A DNA stretch of 64,000 nt from a virus (taxonomy: Duplodnaviria > Heunggongvirae > Uroviricota > Caudoviricetes), in IMG/VR virus record IMGVR_UViG_2571042005_000001, positions 48,446 through 112,445 of that record; one strand, written 5' to 3'. Position numbers and translations under genes: made by a program. The notes under the pieces were generated by a model that was given only the letters and a program-made list of their open reading frames with translations, was not told the origin of the DNA and did not search any database. Positions within the stretch are counted from its first letter, which is position 1; every line of letters starts with the position of its first letter. Positions 47,993 through 57,333 of this stretch are shown piece by piece.

Positions 47993-48817
47993 TCATTTGA
48001 GTTGCACGAAGGGGACGGTGCCCCCAGAGTAAGTGGGCAGTTTCCCATCCCATTTCTGGATGGCTTCGTATTGCACCAGTTGAGGGGTGATGGTTTTGGC
48101 TTTGAGTTTTGCTGCTTCAGCGTCCGCTTTGGCTTTGGTGATGATTTCGTAAGCCCGGGTGTCGGCTTGCAACCGGCGCTTTTCGGCTTCTGCGCGGGTG
48201 GCTCGGATTTCGTTTTCGCGCTGGATGGCTATTTGTGTGGCTTGCTGTGCAGCGTCAATGCTCTGTTTGACTTCGCGGGGCAGGATGATCTGCCCGGTGA
48301 ACATGAAGTTGTCCACCTGAATGAACTCCTTGGAGAGCCTTTCGCGGATCGCTTGGGCCACTTTGAGTTGAAATTCGGGGCGTTTGGTGCCGTTGATTTC
48401 CATTGCGCTGTACTGGGAAGCCACCGAGGTCACTGCGTCTCGCACAATGTCCCGACCTACGGTGTCGATGATGTCAGGGGATTGCTTGCCGTATTTGCTG
48501 TAAATGTTGGGGGTTTTGCCGCGCTCGAAAGCCATGGAGAAAGCCACGTCCGCGGAGAGGGACAGGCCTTCTTTGCTCTGGAATTTCAGGTTGTCTTCGG
48601 CTTTCCATTCAACGCGCTGCAGGCGCACTGGGAACACGATGATGTCCTCAGTGAACGGGTTGTAGGTGATGCGTCCAACCACGATGTTGCTGGTGGTGAC
48701 TTCACGTTTCGCGCCGAGCGTGTCCACCCGGATGGCTTCCTCGTCGGGGTTGACGGTGGTGATGGCGCAGGAGGTCATAAAGGCGATGGCCAGAAACAGG
48801 AAGGGGTGCTTTTTCAT
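47993..48817 (-). CDS. SPFH / band-7 (prohibitin-stomatin-flotillin) domain lipoprotein (274 aa)
   Basis: Lipoprotein signal MKKHPFLFLAIAFMTSC (lipobox MTSC). The SPFH-like core is followed by a long Ala/Glu/Lys-rich coiled region (EIRATRAEAEKRRLQADTRAYEIITKAKADAEAAKLKAK). Confidence 0.65.
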   Translation of the reverse strand: MKKHPFLFLAIAFMTSCAITTVNPDEEAIRVDTLGAKREVTTSNIVVGRITYNPFTEDIIVFPVRLQRVEWKAEDNLKFQSKEGLSLSADVAFSMAFERGKTPNIYSKYGKQSPDIIDTVGRDIVRDAVTSVASQYSAMEINGTKRPEFQLKVAQAIRERLSKEFIQVDNFMFTGQIILPREVKQSIDAAQQATQIAIQRENEIRATRAEAEKRRLQADTRAYEIITKAKADAEAAKLKAKTITPQLVQYEAIQKWDGKLPTYSGGTVPFVQLK

Positions 48818-49050
48818 TTGGGCTCCTTGGTGTGGGTCAAGTTCTGCAGGTGGGTGTTGATCTGCTCGCCGAGCGTTTGGTGGGCGAGCCGGTCAAGCAC
48901 GTCAATCTGGCCACTGCGCAACACATCACCGTGGCGTTTCAAAAGATCCTGCAGGCCATCCATCATTTGCTTTCTGGAGATGCGCCCGAGGGAATGCTGG
49001 ACGTTCAATTTGCGGTATTCACTCTGGATTTTTTGTGTGGGTTTCACCAT
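48814..49050 (-). CDS. Hypothetical protein (78 aa)
   Basis: Minus-strand ORF with a 4-nt overlap. Confidence 0.3.
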   Translation of the reverse strand: MVKPTQKIQSEYRKLNVQHSLGRISRKQMMDGLQDLLKRHGDVLRSGQIDVLDRLAHQTLGEQINTHLQNLTHTKEPK

Positions 49051-50075
49051 GCGGTCACCTCTGGGAAGCTGTGGTGGGTGACCCCATCAAGGTCACGTCC
49101 GGCTTTTCGTGTGCCTGCCCGGGCCAGCACCAGCAGGGGGTAGGTTTTGGTTTCTGGCCTGCCGTCTCTGGCGAGGGTGCCGTCTGCGTTCATCAGCACA
49201 TCGCCGCGTTTTTTGTTCATGTGGCGTTTCGCTCCATCGATGTATTGGATGGGGTCACAGAACTGGTGGATGGGGATGAATTCACCCCACTGCTTGAAGT
49301 GGAAGGGGGTGTTCGCTTCCTGGCAGTCGTCGCGGATCTGCCGGGCCCAGTCGGGGTGCATGGGTCGGGCGTTCTTGCCGGATTCCCCGCCGACAATCAC
49401 CCAATGGATGCCGTCCGGGTGGAGGTGGCCTTTGAGGTCCACGGGCCCGAGGAGGGGTTCGCAACTCAAGAAGCGCACCTGCGCTGGAATGCTGGTGAGG
49501 ACCGGGATGCGCTGGGTGGCTTGCTGTTGGTCTTCTGCGGTGGTGCCCAGCCAGATGTTCGGCCCGAGGAAGTCTTTCGGGTCATCAAAGCCTCGAGCGA
49601 TGCTGTCGAAGGCTGTGTCTGGGTCTTCGAGGCCTGGGAGGGCTTCTGCGATGCTCTGGCGTCTGCCGGGGGTGAGGAGGTAGTCTTTCATGCGCTCAGG
49701 TCTTTTGGTGAGCAGCAGGAACCGGTGGGCTGCATCGTAAGGGCTTGAGGCGAGGATCATGCTGGCAAACACCCGGTCCAGAAAGGCGTCAGGGACAAGT
49801 GGATGGAAAAGGTCGGACATGCTGCCCACGAAGATTCGTGCAGGTGTTTTGCTGCGGAATTTCAGGGGGTCAATCAGCCTTGATGGGTGGAGTTGGATGC
49901 TGCCAAACGGTTGCCGGTACTGCTCAGGGAGGCGCTTCCCGGCGTGCAGCGCGTCATGCCTCTGGTCGTGCAGGGTTTTGGCGTAGCAGTTCTTGCAGCC
50001 CGCAGTGATTTGAGTGCAGCCAGAGGTGGGATTCCAGGTGTGGGTTGCCCAGGTGATGCTGGTTTTGTTGATCAT
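49044..50075 (-). CDS. Phage Gp37/Gp68 family protein (DUF5131) (343 aa)
   Basis: N-terminal hallmark ITWATHTWNPTSGCTQITAGCKNCYA (compare family consensus WNP.TGC....GC.NCYA). Confidence 0.7.
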   Translation of the reverse strand: MINKTSITWATHTWNPTSGCTQITAGCKNCYAKTLHDQRHDALHAGKRLPEQYRQPFGSIQLHPSRLIDPLKFRSKTPARIFVGSMSDLFHPLVPDAFLDRVFASMILASSPYDAAHRFLLLTKRPERMKDYLLTPGRRQSIAEALPGLEDPDTAFDSIARGFDDPKDFLGPNIWLGTTAEDQQQATQRIPVLTSIPAQVRFLSCEPLLGPVDLKGHLHPDGIHWVIVGGESGKNARPMHPDWARQIRDDCQEANTPFHFKQWGEFIPIHQFCDPIQYIDGAKRHMNKKRGDVLMNADGTLARDGRPETKTYPLLVLARAGTRKAGRDLDGVTHHSFPEVTAW

Positions 50076-50381
50076 TCATCCCTCATGGTGGCTTCCGGTT
50101 GCGCTTGGCTTTGCAGGGAGGCGCAGGGGTGGTGGGGCGGGTTTGACTTTCCCGGCACTCACCAGATATTTCAGGCCGATTTCGGTCAGGTGGTATTTGA
50201 ATTGCGCCTTGTGGCCTTCGTCGGTGGTGGTTCGTCCCACGAAGCCAGAGAGCCACAACGGCAAAATTCGTTCTTGCAGCTGGGTTTTGGTGAGGCACAG
50301 TTCCAGCAGCAGGTCGTTGGTCTTTTTGGGTTTCCGCAAGGCCATCAGCAATTTGATGTTCTCTTGTCTTTCGAGGCTCAT
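50076..50381 (-). CDS. Small winged-helix protein (101 aa)
   Basis: Minus-strand ORF. Confidence 0.35.
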   Translation of the reverse strand: MSLERQENIKLLMALRKPKKTNDLLLELCLTKTQLQERILPLWLSGFVGRTTTDEGHKAQFKYHLTEIGLKYLVSAGKVKPAPPPLRLPAKPSATGSHHEG

Positions 50382-50700
50382 GGGGTGGCCTTGTTGAGCC
50401 CATGAGCCTTCATGCGCTCCTCAACCAGCAGGTGCGCCCTGCGTTCCGCTTTCCCGAGGGCGTTGAGGTACTCAAGTGCGGTGTTCTGGTTGGGAACGGA
50501 CCTCGGGGTGCCTTGTTTTTGCAGTTCGAACAGGTCATGGGTGGCTTTCAAGGCGGCGGTCAGGGCGTCCACTTCTTGCAGCAGGTCGCTGAGTTGCTGG
50601 ACGGTCAGCAGGGAGTGCTCAGCCCCATGTTCCTGCTGGTGGGCCACGCGGGCTTTGAGGTCTTCAAACATCCTTTTCCTCGGCTTTCGGAATGGTTTCC
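50378..50700 (-). CDS. Hypothetical basic protein (about 107 aa; start uncertain)
   Basis: Minus-strand ORF. Confidence 0.3.
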
Positions 50701-51101
50701 GTTTCATTGTTGATGCTCTGTTCGATGCGTTCCGCTTCGAGCAGCAAGCGGGTCGCCACGGCCCGCAGCAGGGACTGCGCGGATTCTTTGTGCTTGGGGA
50801 TGATCGGCCCGAGGTACCTGTGGAAGTACACCTCAAACGTTTGAGGGTCTTCTTTTTCAGGCTCAGGGACATCCCGAACGTGGCCACCGAGATCCAGCAG
50901 CCGGAGGTGCTGCCGGTCCAGCAAATCCAGCACCTCCGGGAGTTTCCGGATGAGGCGCAGGTTGTGCTTCACCCTCGGGTGGGTGGCCATGAAGGAGCAG
51001 ATGACTTCTCCACTTTCGGAGATGATCACCTGTTCATGGGTGACCTTCCAAGGTCCGGGTGTGGCCTTCTCGCGGAGCTTGTGAACATCCTGGATGTCCA
51101 T
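50664..51101 (-). CDS. Hypothetical protein (145 aa)
   Basis: Minus-strand ORF. Confidence 0.35.
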   Translation of the reverse strand: MDIQDVHKLREKATPGPWKVTHEQVIISESGEVICSFMATHPRVKHNLRLIRKLPEVLDLLDRQHLRLLDLGGHVRDVPEPEKEDPQTFEVYFHRYLGPIIPKHKESAQSLLRAVATRLLLEAERIEQSINNETETIPKAEEKDV

Positions 51102-51102
51102 G

Positions 51103-51606
51103 TCAGGCCACCACAGGGGCGTTCATTTCCCGGTAATCGCGGTAGAAGCCCAGCACATACCGGAAGGCCTCATCGAAGGAATCACAGTACTTGAAGGCCG
51201 CCGCTGGCATGCTTGAGGCTTTCCATGCCACTGCCCAGAGTCCAGAGCGCGTGGCGTAGAAGCTGCAGCCGTACCCTTCCAGCAGGCCTTCCACGGTAAA
51301 CAGGTCAACGTTCTCGCAGAACACTTCATGCCGGATGGGGATGAACAACTGCACGAATTCAATTCGAACGTCCTGCACGAAATCCGCCAGCTTTTTGTAG
51401 GTGCGCCTCTCGGGGGGCCTCTTGCCAACGATCGGCTCAACGATCCCTGTGTAGGAAACCACTTCGCCTTTTTTGACGCTGGCAGTGGCCCTGAAGGTGT
51501 ACACGGCGCGACCGTAACGGAATTCCACCTGCACGGCTTTGCCTTGCTCGTGGATGGTGCAGTCCCTGAGAGGGGTGCTTTTCAACGTCAGTGTTGTATG
51601 ATGCAT
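51103..51606 (-). CDS. Hypothetical protein (about 168 aa)
   Basis: Minus-strand ORF followed (at lower coordinates) by gene 50664..51101 and preceded by a 400-bp non-coding gap. Confidence 0.35.
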   Translation of the reverse strand: MHHTTLTLKSTPLRDCTIHEQGKAVQVEFRYGRAVYTFRATASVKKGEVVSYTGIVEPIVGKRPPERRTYKKLADFVQDVRIEFVQLFIPIRHEVFCENVDLFTVEGLLEGYGCSFYATRSGLWAVAWKASSMPAAAFKYCDSFDEAFRYVLGFYRDYREMNAPVVA

Positions 51607-52033
51607 GCAAGCCTTTCTCCCGGAATTCACATGGTTGGTTGCCCTGAATTCCGGGTTTTCTGTTGTGGTTTCTGGTTTTGTGGTCCATCAAAAACCTCAC
51701 TCCGGGCCTGTGAGGGTGGTGCGTTGCAAGTGCAGGAGGCATGTGGCAAGTGGACCCCCTGCCCGGAACGGGGGTTATGGCAACGGTCCTTTACCGTCAA
51801 ATGATCCCAGGTCGAAACCTGCTGTTCTCACCTCCACTCCGGCCCTGCAGCTCGGAACCTGAGAGCAATCAAAGTCCTGCAAATGTGTTTGGTATGAAGC
51901 ACCCAGCAGGCTGTCACCGTTTCTTTCTGTTCGGATTGGTTCGCTTTGCGCGGGAACTGCTGGCCCGCACCGCGAACCTGAACTGCCACCCTCGGGGCGT
52001 GACCCCGAAAGGCCCGTGACCGGGTGGCTTGCT

Positions 52034-52734
52034 TCAGTCCTGCTGCTTGGAGCCGCCCGGCTGGTGTTTCACCACGCGCGCTTCCACAACCATCCCGAGG
52101 ATTTCGCGGTCTGAAATCAAATCGAAATCCACCAGGGTGATGTCCCCGTTGGGTTCCCTGAATTCAAGTTCGGGGGTTCCGTACTGCTCCACTGCCGCCT
52201 CTCGGATCGCTTCTCCAGTCAGGTCAACAATGAGATCTCCGGGGTTGCAGTTGGTGTCGTATCCGTCGATGGTGACGATGATTTCGCTGTTGAAGGATTT
52301 CAAGGTGACTTCGATGGCGCTGTGGTTCCAGGTGTTGTTCGGGTCGAAGGACTCCAGGATGCCTTTGCGGCCTTTGAGTCGGTTGGCGAGCTGCTCGGCT
52401 GCCAGGGTGAGGGTGCTTCCGGCATCTGGTGACGTGAAGGTGGTGGAGGTGTGGGAGGGGTCGTCGAGGGTGCCGACCGCAGCCCCGAGGGTCATGCCGT
52501 GTGCTGCGAGGTGGTTTCCGAGTGGAATCAGGATCTGGGTGTTGTAATCGGCTGGGGTCTCCCGGATGTGGTCGAAGGGAGGGAAGGGCGTTTTGTGCAG
52601 GCCGGAGTCGAGGTAGTGTTCGAGTTCGTTGAGGGTGCGGATGGCGCTGTAATCGCCTTTGAGCGCTGGCTTGAGCTGCGCGATGCGTTCTTGCAGCAGG
52701 TTCACGGTTTCTTGGGTGATGGTGTAATGCATGG
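52034..52734 (-). CDS. Hypothetical protein (about 233 aa; start MHYTITQE)
   Basis: Minus-strand ORF. Confidence 0.4.
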
Positions 52735-52946
52735 GTGTCCTTTCGGGGAATGAAAACCCCGGAAGAAATGGGTTCCGGGGTGTCTGACAGTCAACTCTTA
52801 TCGCTTGTAACCGCTCACATAACCCACTTCCTGTTCTGGCTGCCTGCTGAGCCAACCACGATCCTGCAGGCGAACCAAACGAAAGCCAGAGTGAACCTCT
52901 CACCTGTTAGGAGTTCACCCCAGCGAGCTTCTGTTTTGCTGTGGAA

Positions 52947-52993
52947 GCCACCCCCGGGATTTGAACCCGGCATGGAATGAACCTTCAGGTGGC
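52947..52993 (-). other. tRNA-like 3' fragment (acceptor stem plus T-arm mini-helix, 47 nt; no D or anticodon arms)
   Basis: The reverse complement GCCACCT-GAAGGTTCATTCCAT-GCCGGG-TTCAAAT-CCCGG-GGGTGGC forms a 7-bp acceptor-like stem and a canonical T-arm (GGTTCAAATCC). It could be a tRNA remnant, a phage pseudo-tRNA, or an attachment-site relic. Confidence 0.35.
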
Positions 52994-53004
52994 AGAAAAC
53001 CGGG

Positions 53005-53790
53005 TCAATTGTGCCCGGTGGAGACTTGCAACGGCTTGGTGATTTCGAACTGCATGACGTAATCCGCGACGGTGATCCACTCACCGGAATCCAGTTTGAG
53101 TTTGGTGTCCAGACTGGCCGGTTCAAGGTCCTCGAGGTTCACATCCACGCCGACGGTCAACTTGCGCACGCCGACCAGAAAGGCCAGCAGTTCCTCGCGG
53201 CTCGGGGCAACGTAAATCTCGGTGTCTTCTTCGAAACTGAAAGCCTGCATCTGCACGACTTCCACGACCACTTCATGCCCAGCGACCCTCAGCACCTCTT
53301 CGATGTTGACGCGTTTGACATTCACCCAGTCGAGGTGCACTTCCCCTTTGCTGTAAGACAAAGAGAAACGTTCCGGCTGGCCATCCTCGTGAAATTCATC
53401 ACTGGTGCCGTGAAAAATCCAGCCTTGCGGAATCGCTGATTCACTGGCACAGAAATCATTCACGGTCTCACCGGCGGCAAACAACACCTGCCCAACTGGG
53501 ATCCGCCTGCCAAACCAGACTTTGTTGGTTTCATGGTGCCTCAAGAACACCCGGGCATGGTCGGTCTCTGGATTCCAGATGATCAACTTGAAATGCTGCA
53601 CCCCTGTGGGTTTCGCTTCATAAGCACCGCACCCGCTGCACCCGAGCTCAACGGCACTCCTGCCGTAAGGGGTGTCCACCCCGACGTCTGGGTGAATGCA
53701 GTTGCAGGGCGTGAGGTTCACCGCCACAGTCAGGGTGGTGTCCTCCTGAAAGAACAGGCATCTGGGGGGTGGAATGTTCCATCTGTTCAT
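53005..53790 (-). CDS. Hypothetical protein (about 262 aa; start MNRWNIPP)
   Basis: Minus-strand ORF with several Cys residues. Confidence 0.4.
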   Translation of the reverse strand: MNRWNIPPPRCLFFQEDTTLTVAVNLTPCNCIHPDVGVDTPYGRSAVELGCSGCGAYEAKPTGVQHFKLIIWNPETDHARVFLRHHETNKVWFGRRIPVGQVLFAAGETVNDFCASESAIPQGWIFHGTSDEFHEDGQPERFSLSYSKGEVHLDWVNVKRVNIEEVLRVAGHEVVVEVVQMQAFSFEEDTEIYVAPSREELLAFLVGVRKLTVGVDVNLEDLEPASLDTKLKLDSGEWITVADYVMQFEITKPLQVSTGHN

Positions 53791-53862
53791 GTGTCTCCTG
53801 TGCAAGAAAGAATTCCCCCGGCCATTCACCGGGGGTTTTTGACGCACACTCCTGAGGTCAAT

Positions 53863-53960
53863 GGAGAGGGACAGGATTTGAACCTGCATGCGATTGTTTG
53901 CCTTGGATTCCCCTGTGGTAGCGGTCAGGGCTTCCCAGCCTCCTGTTTTTCTGGCAGCCC
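53863..53960 (-). other. Second tRNA-like remnant (T-arm GCAGG-TTCAAAT-CCTGT plus 3' acceptor strand; no matching 5' acceptor found)
   Basis: The 16-nt stretch GCAGGTTCAAATCCTG is identical to the T-arm of the tRNA-Trp at 17259-17335, then diverges. A cloverleaf could not be completed by eye. Confidence 0.3.
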
Positions 53961-54014
53961 ACGTTCATGCAGCCTGGGCACAGCCGCGCACCACTGCGCT
54001 TCCCTCTCATGCAT

Positions 54015-55300
54015 TCAATCCACAAACTGGATTTTCTCCCCGAGGTCCGTGGCCACCGCAATCAAACCCCTGCGGATCACCAGGGCCCGCAATGCAGCAA
54101 CCTCCTCAACGGTTGGAGGCGCAGCCTCTGGATGCTCCTTTTCTGCTTGGAGGGCAACCGTAAGGGAAGGAGGGGGTTCTTCTGGAGCATCTTCTTTTGG
54201 AGCCTGAGGAACCGCACCTTGCACTCTGGGTGTGGCCGGCTGGGTGACTTGCGGCTCAGGCAAAAGCGGTTCTTTGCCGAGCACTGCATTCAAAGATGGT
54301 GGTGCTGCAGGAGGGTTCATTTCACGGTAGTTCTCCAGAGCCAAGCGGAACATGGGGGTGTCTCTGATGGGCACCGTGGCCCGACCCCGAACGAAACCCT
54401 GAATCTCCTCCGGTGAGAACACCAACCCGTGGGTGACGAGGTAAGCGCAGATTTCCTTGTATCCCAGTCCGTGCCGGTTCTTGAAGTCCGCAATTTCGTA
54501 AGGCTCGATGGGTTTGTTGGACTGGATGGTCAATTGCGAACTGGCCGCCACGGTTTTCGCCTGCTCAATCACATCCTGGTGCTTCTGGTACAGCGGGTGC
54601 TGCCGGAGGGCTTTGAGGATCGTGCGGCACATGTCCCGACCGATGGCGCGCCGCCCACTGGCGTAATTCGAGAAGCTTTTCTTGTTGTAAGAAAGCCCTT
54701 TGCTGGACAGAAAATCAGTGATCTGCTGGTAACTCATCTGAGTGAGTGTTTTGAAGGCCGCCATGAACCGAATGAACTCCTCGCTGGGCGTCTCATTGCC
54801 ATCGAGAGGGATCGGCTCGGGTTTCGCTGGGAGCTGCAGGTGCACGTCCGGGAAGCACTCCATTGAGTTGGTCCTCTGGTCGGACTGCAGGGCTTCCAGC
54901 AAACCTTCAGGCACCATTTTCAGGTGCTGCAGCAAACGCTCCGCGACTTCCTGCAGGGTGAAGTAACACGGGTCTTCGTTCAGGTTGTTCACCAGGTAAC
55001 CGTCAGACTCAGGGTGCTCTTCGCCCTTGAAGACCATCAAGAAGAAGCACCGGTCGGCAGTTGCGCCCGGGGCGCGACTCTCAAATCCGGTTTGCGCGGT
55101 GATCACCTGCGTGCCGCGCCTCACAATGTACTTTCTGCTGCTCAAATTGCCTCCTCTCAAAATGAAAACCCGGTCAGGCAGAACCGGGAGCTGCACAACC
55201 GCCCTCTTCACAGGTGGACGGCCAGACGCTGGAGTGTGTTTTGCCCTGGGCCACTCAATCAGGGGGGAACCCGTAACAGGGGCACCTTGCCGGAGGGCTT
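54015..55300 (-). CDS. Hypothetical protein (about 380-430 aa; start uncertain), possible replication-associated
   Basis: Long minus-strand ORF with internal HTH-like segments (MSYQQITDFLSSKGLSYNKKSFSNYASG). Confidence 0.4.
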
Positions 55301-55855
55301 CACGCTGAAGTGCCATTTCCAGCGCTTCGCATCCCTGCAGGCCGCGTTCGGTGTGAAAACCAGTGGAAAAAGATGCAAGGCACCTGACTGGTCGTGGTTC
55401 CCGCAGTCGCCTTATCCCCACAAAAAAACCACACTGGTTTCCTTGTGGGTGTGCGCTGCTTTGCTTGCTTGCTCTCTCCAGAACCCACCCCGAACGTGGG
55501 GTGTTTTCAGCCAGCAGCTGCTGGCGGTCCGGGGGACATGAATGCTGCCTGCGCGCGGGCTCTTAGAACACCACGTTCGTCGCCCTTCTGGCAGGTTCGC
55601 CACCAAGTGGCATGGCGCAAAAGAGGTCCCTGAATTTGGCACCACCGTCTCAGGAAAGGTTAGAGGAAGTGGTGAGAAAACCCCTGCCTGGGCTTCAATG
55701 CCGCCTTGCTTCCGGGGGCACCAGGGGGCGCGGCATGGCCCCCTGCCCGATTCACGCGGACACCCCTGAATTCTCCCCCAGGGTGGGCTTGCGGACTCTG
55801 GAAGGCAAGGACATGACTTGCTGCCCTCCCAGTGCGCGCCGCCAAACGCACACGC

Positions 55856-56467
55856 TCACCTCAGCAACCCAACCGCCTTGAACATCGCCTCGCTGGTGAT
55901 TTCACCATTCGCCACGGCGTTGCCCAGCACCGAAACCACCGAGCCAAGCTCATAAGGGGTCAAAGCCAGAGGATCGATGATCACCGGATGGTCCAGAGGG
56001 TCCGGCCCGAGGGTGGGTAAGTCCACGAAGGAAGGCGCGAACATCCACTGGTAATCCATGAACACCGCATTGAACAGTTCCTCGGTGAACATCTCATCTG
56101 CAATGTCGAGCACCTCACCCAGCGGGAAGTCTTTTCTTTCTGCGATCGGCCATTCCTCATCCGGGACGAGGGTCTTGACTTTCCGCAGCACCGCTTCAGC
56201 CACGGTGACTGCGTTGCGCTCCTCGACGCCCCCAGCGACCAGCGTGTCGAGCACACTGAAGCCAATCACTTCTTCACCGGCCATGCAGGTGAAAAACGCG
56301 TGGGTGCTCAACTCACCACAATCCACCCGAATGCCTTGCTCTGCGAGGTGCTCCAGCAAATTCCGCATGGCGGACACTTCACAATCATGCCGCTCTGGGC
56401 TCACGGTGGTGACGAAGGAATCTCCAAAAGGCCGACTCAGGCAGGCCGTGATTCTCTTGGGTTTCAT
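55856..56467 (-). CDS. Hypothetical protein (203 aa)
   Basis: Minus-strand ORF after a 450-bp non-coding gap. Confidence 0.4.
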   Translation of the reverse strand: MKPKRITACLSRPFGDSFVTTVSPERHDCEVSAMRNLLEHLAEQGIRVDCGELSTHAFFTCMAGEEVIGFSVLDTLVAGGVEERNAVTVAEAVLRKVKTLVPDEEWPIAERKDFPLGEVLDIADEMFTEELFNAVFMDYQWMFAPSFVDLPTLGPDPLDHPVIIDPLALTPYELGSVVSVLGNAVANGEITSEAMFKAVGLLR

Positions 56468-56751
56468 GCCAACTCCTTGGACCGGTGGGTCAGAATCAAA
56501 ACGTTGTCCGGCGCAGCCTGAGCGGAAGTGATCACCTTCGCGCGCAAGAGGCCCTCAAGGGCCAACTCCAGCAGCCTCGCAGCCTCAGCGCAAGCCTCCG
56601 GCAAATCCGACACCAGAGGCCCCTGCGCAACCATGAACTTCAGTGCAGCTCTGGCCACCAACCGGTGAAAGGTGGCCAGAACCAAGAAAGGCATCATGCT
56701 TTCCCGAACATCCGAATTGGAGCGGCACCCAAACGGTACTGCTCGGCCCAA
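56464..56751 (-). CDS. Hypothetical protein (95 aa)
   Basis: Minus-strand ORF with a 4-nt overlap. Confidence 0.3.
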   Translation of the reverse strand: MGRAVPFGCRSNSDVRESMMPFLVLATFHRLVARAALKFMVAQGPLVSDLPEACAEAARLLELALEGLLRAKVITSAQAAPDNVLILTHRSKELA

Positions 56752-56948
56752 GCTTCCGCCCGCTCCCGACTGGAAGCCAGCACCGACTCTGGCACCAGTT
56801 CACCCTTGGCGTTGCGGCTGAACACCCTGAAGCCACCCTTCACCTCGTGCACTTCGAACACGCACTCGGAAAGATCCTCGGTGGGCACAGCGAACAACCC
56901 GACGCATGCCACGGCAGCGAAGACCAGCAGGATCAAAAGGGCGAGCAT
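56694..56948 (-). CDS. Small membrane protein (about 84 aa; start MLALLILLVF)
   Basis: N-terminal TM helix. Confidence 0.3.
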   Translation of the reverse strand: MLALLILLVFAAVACVGLFAVPTEDLSECVFEVHEVKGGFRVFSRNAKGELVPESVLASSRERAEAWAEQYRLGAAPIRMFGKA

Positions 56949-57190
56949 CACGCCCCCCGTTTCTTCTGGTCGGCAATGACCACCACCGTCACAATCAGGG
57001 TGGCCAGAAACACCAGACCAACCATGCGGTAATTCATGCCTTCCACCTGCCAGAGCCACGCGCGGAAAGCCGGAATGGAAAACAGGCCGTACTCGACCAC
57101 CAGCAGCAAAACCATCACCAGAGAAGCAGAAAGCCGCTTCTTGCGCACTTGCCCCGATGCTTTGAGGGTGCTAATGTGTCTGGAAACCAT
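56948..57190 (-). CDS. Small membrane protein (80 aa, 2 TM)
   Basis: Hydrophobic helices LVMVLLLVVEYGLFSIPAF and MVGLVFLATLIVTVVVIA. Confidence 0.35.
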   Translation of the reverse strand: MVSRHISTLKASGQVRKKRLSASLVMVLLLVVEYGLFSIPAFRAWLWQVEGMNYRMVGLVFLATLIVTVVVIADQKKRGA

Positions 57191-57258
57191 CAGATTTCTC
57201 CTTTCACCCTCACGCTCCGGTTGGCGCCTGCGTGGGGGTGAACCCCTTCATGGGATTC

Positions 57259-57333
57259 TGGAGGTCAGGGCAGGAATCGAACCTGCAATCTGCCCTTTAC
57301 GAAAGGGCTGCTCTGCCATTGAGCCACCTGACC
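57259..57333 (-). tRNA. tRNA-Thr (anticodon CGT), 75 nt with encoded CCA
   Basis: The reverse complement gives a cloverleaf by eye: acceptor GGTCAGG/CCTGACC, D-arm GCTC-AATGGCA-GAGC, anticodon stem GCCCT/AGGGC with loop TTCGTAA, T-arm GCAGG-TTCGATT-CCTGC, discriminator T, CCA. Confidence 0.8.

Noticed and set aside
17259-57333. The tRNAs as prophage attachment sites, and the coincidence that tRNA-Trp (17259) and tRNA-Thr (57259) begin exactly 40,000 bp apart
   Set aside because: No integrase or excisionase-integrase pair was recognised anywhere. Phage-like genes continue on both sides of each tRNA, and no flanking direct repeats of the tRNA 3' ends were found. The tRNAs are therefore more simply phage-encoded. 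The 40,000-bp offset is treated as coincidence.
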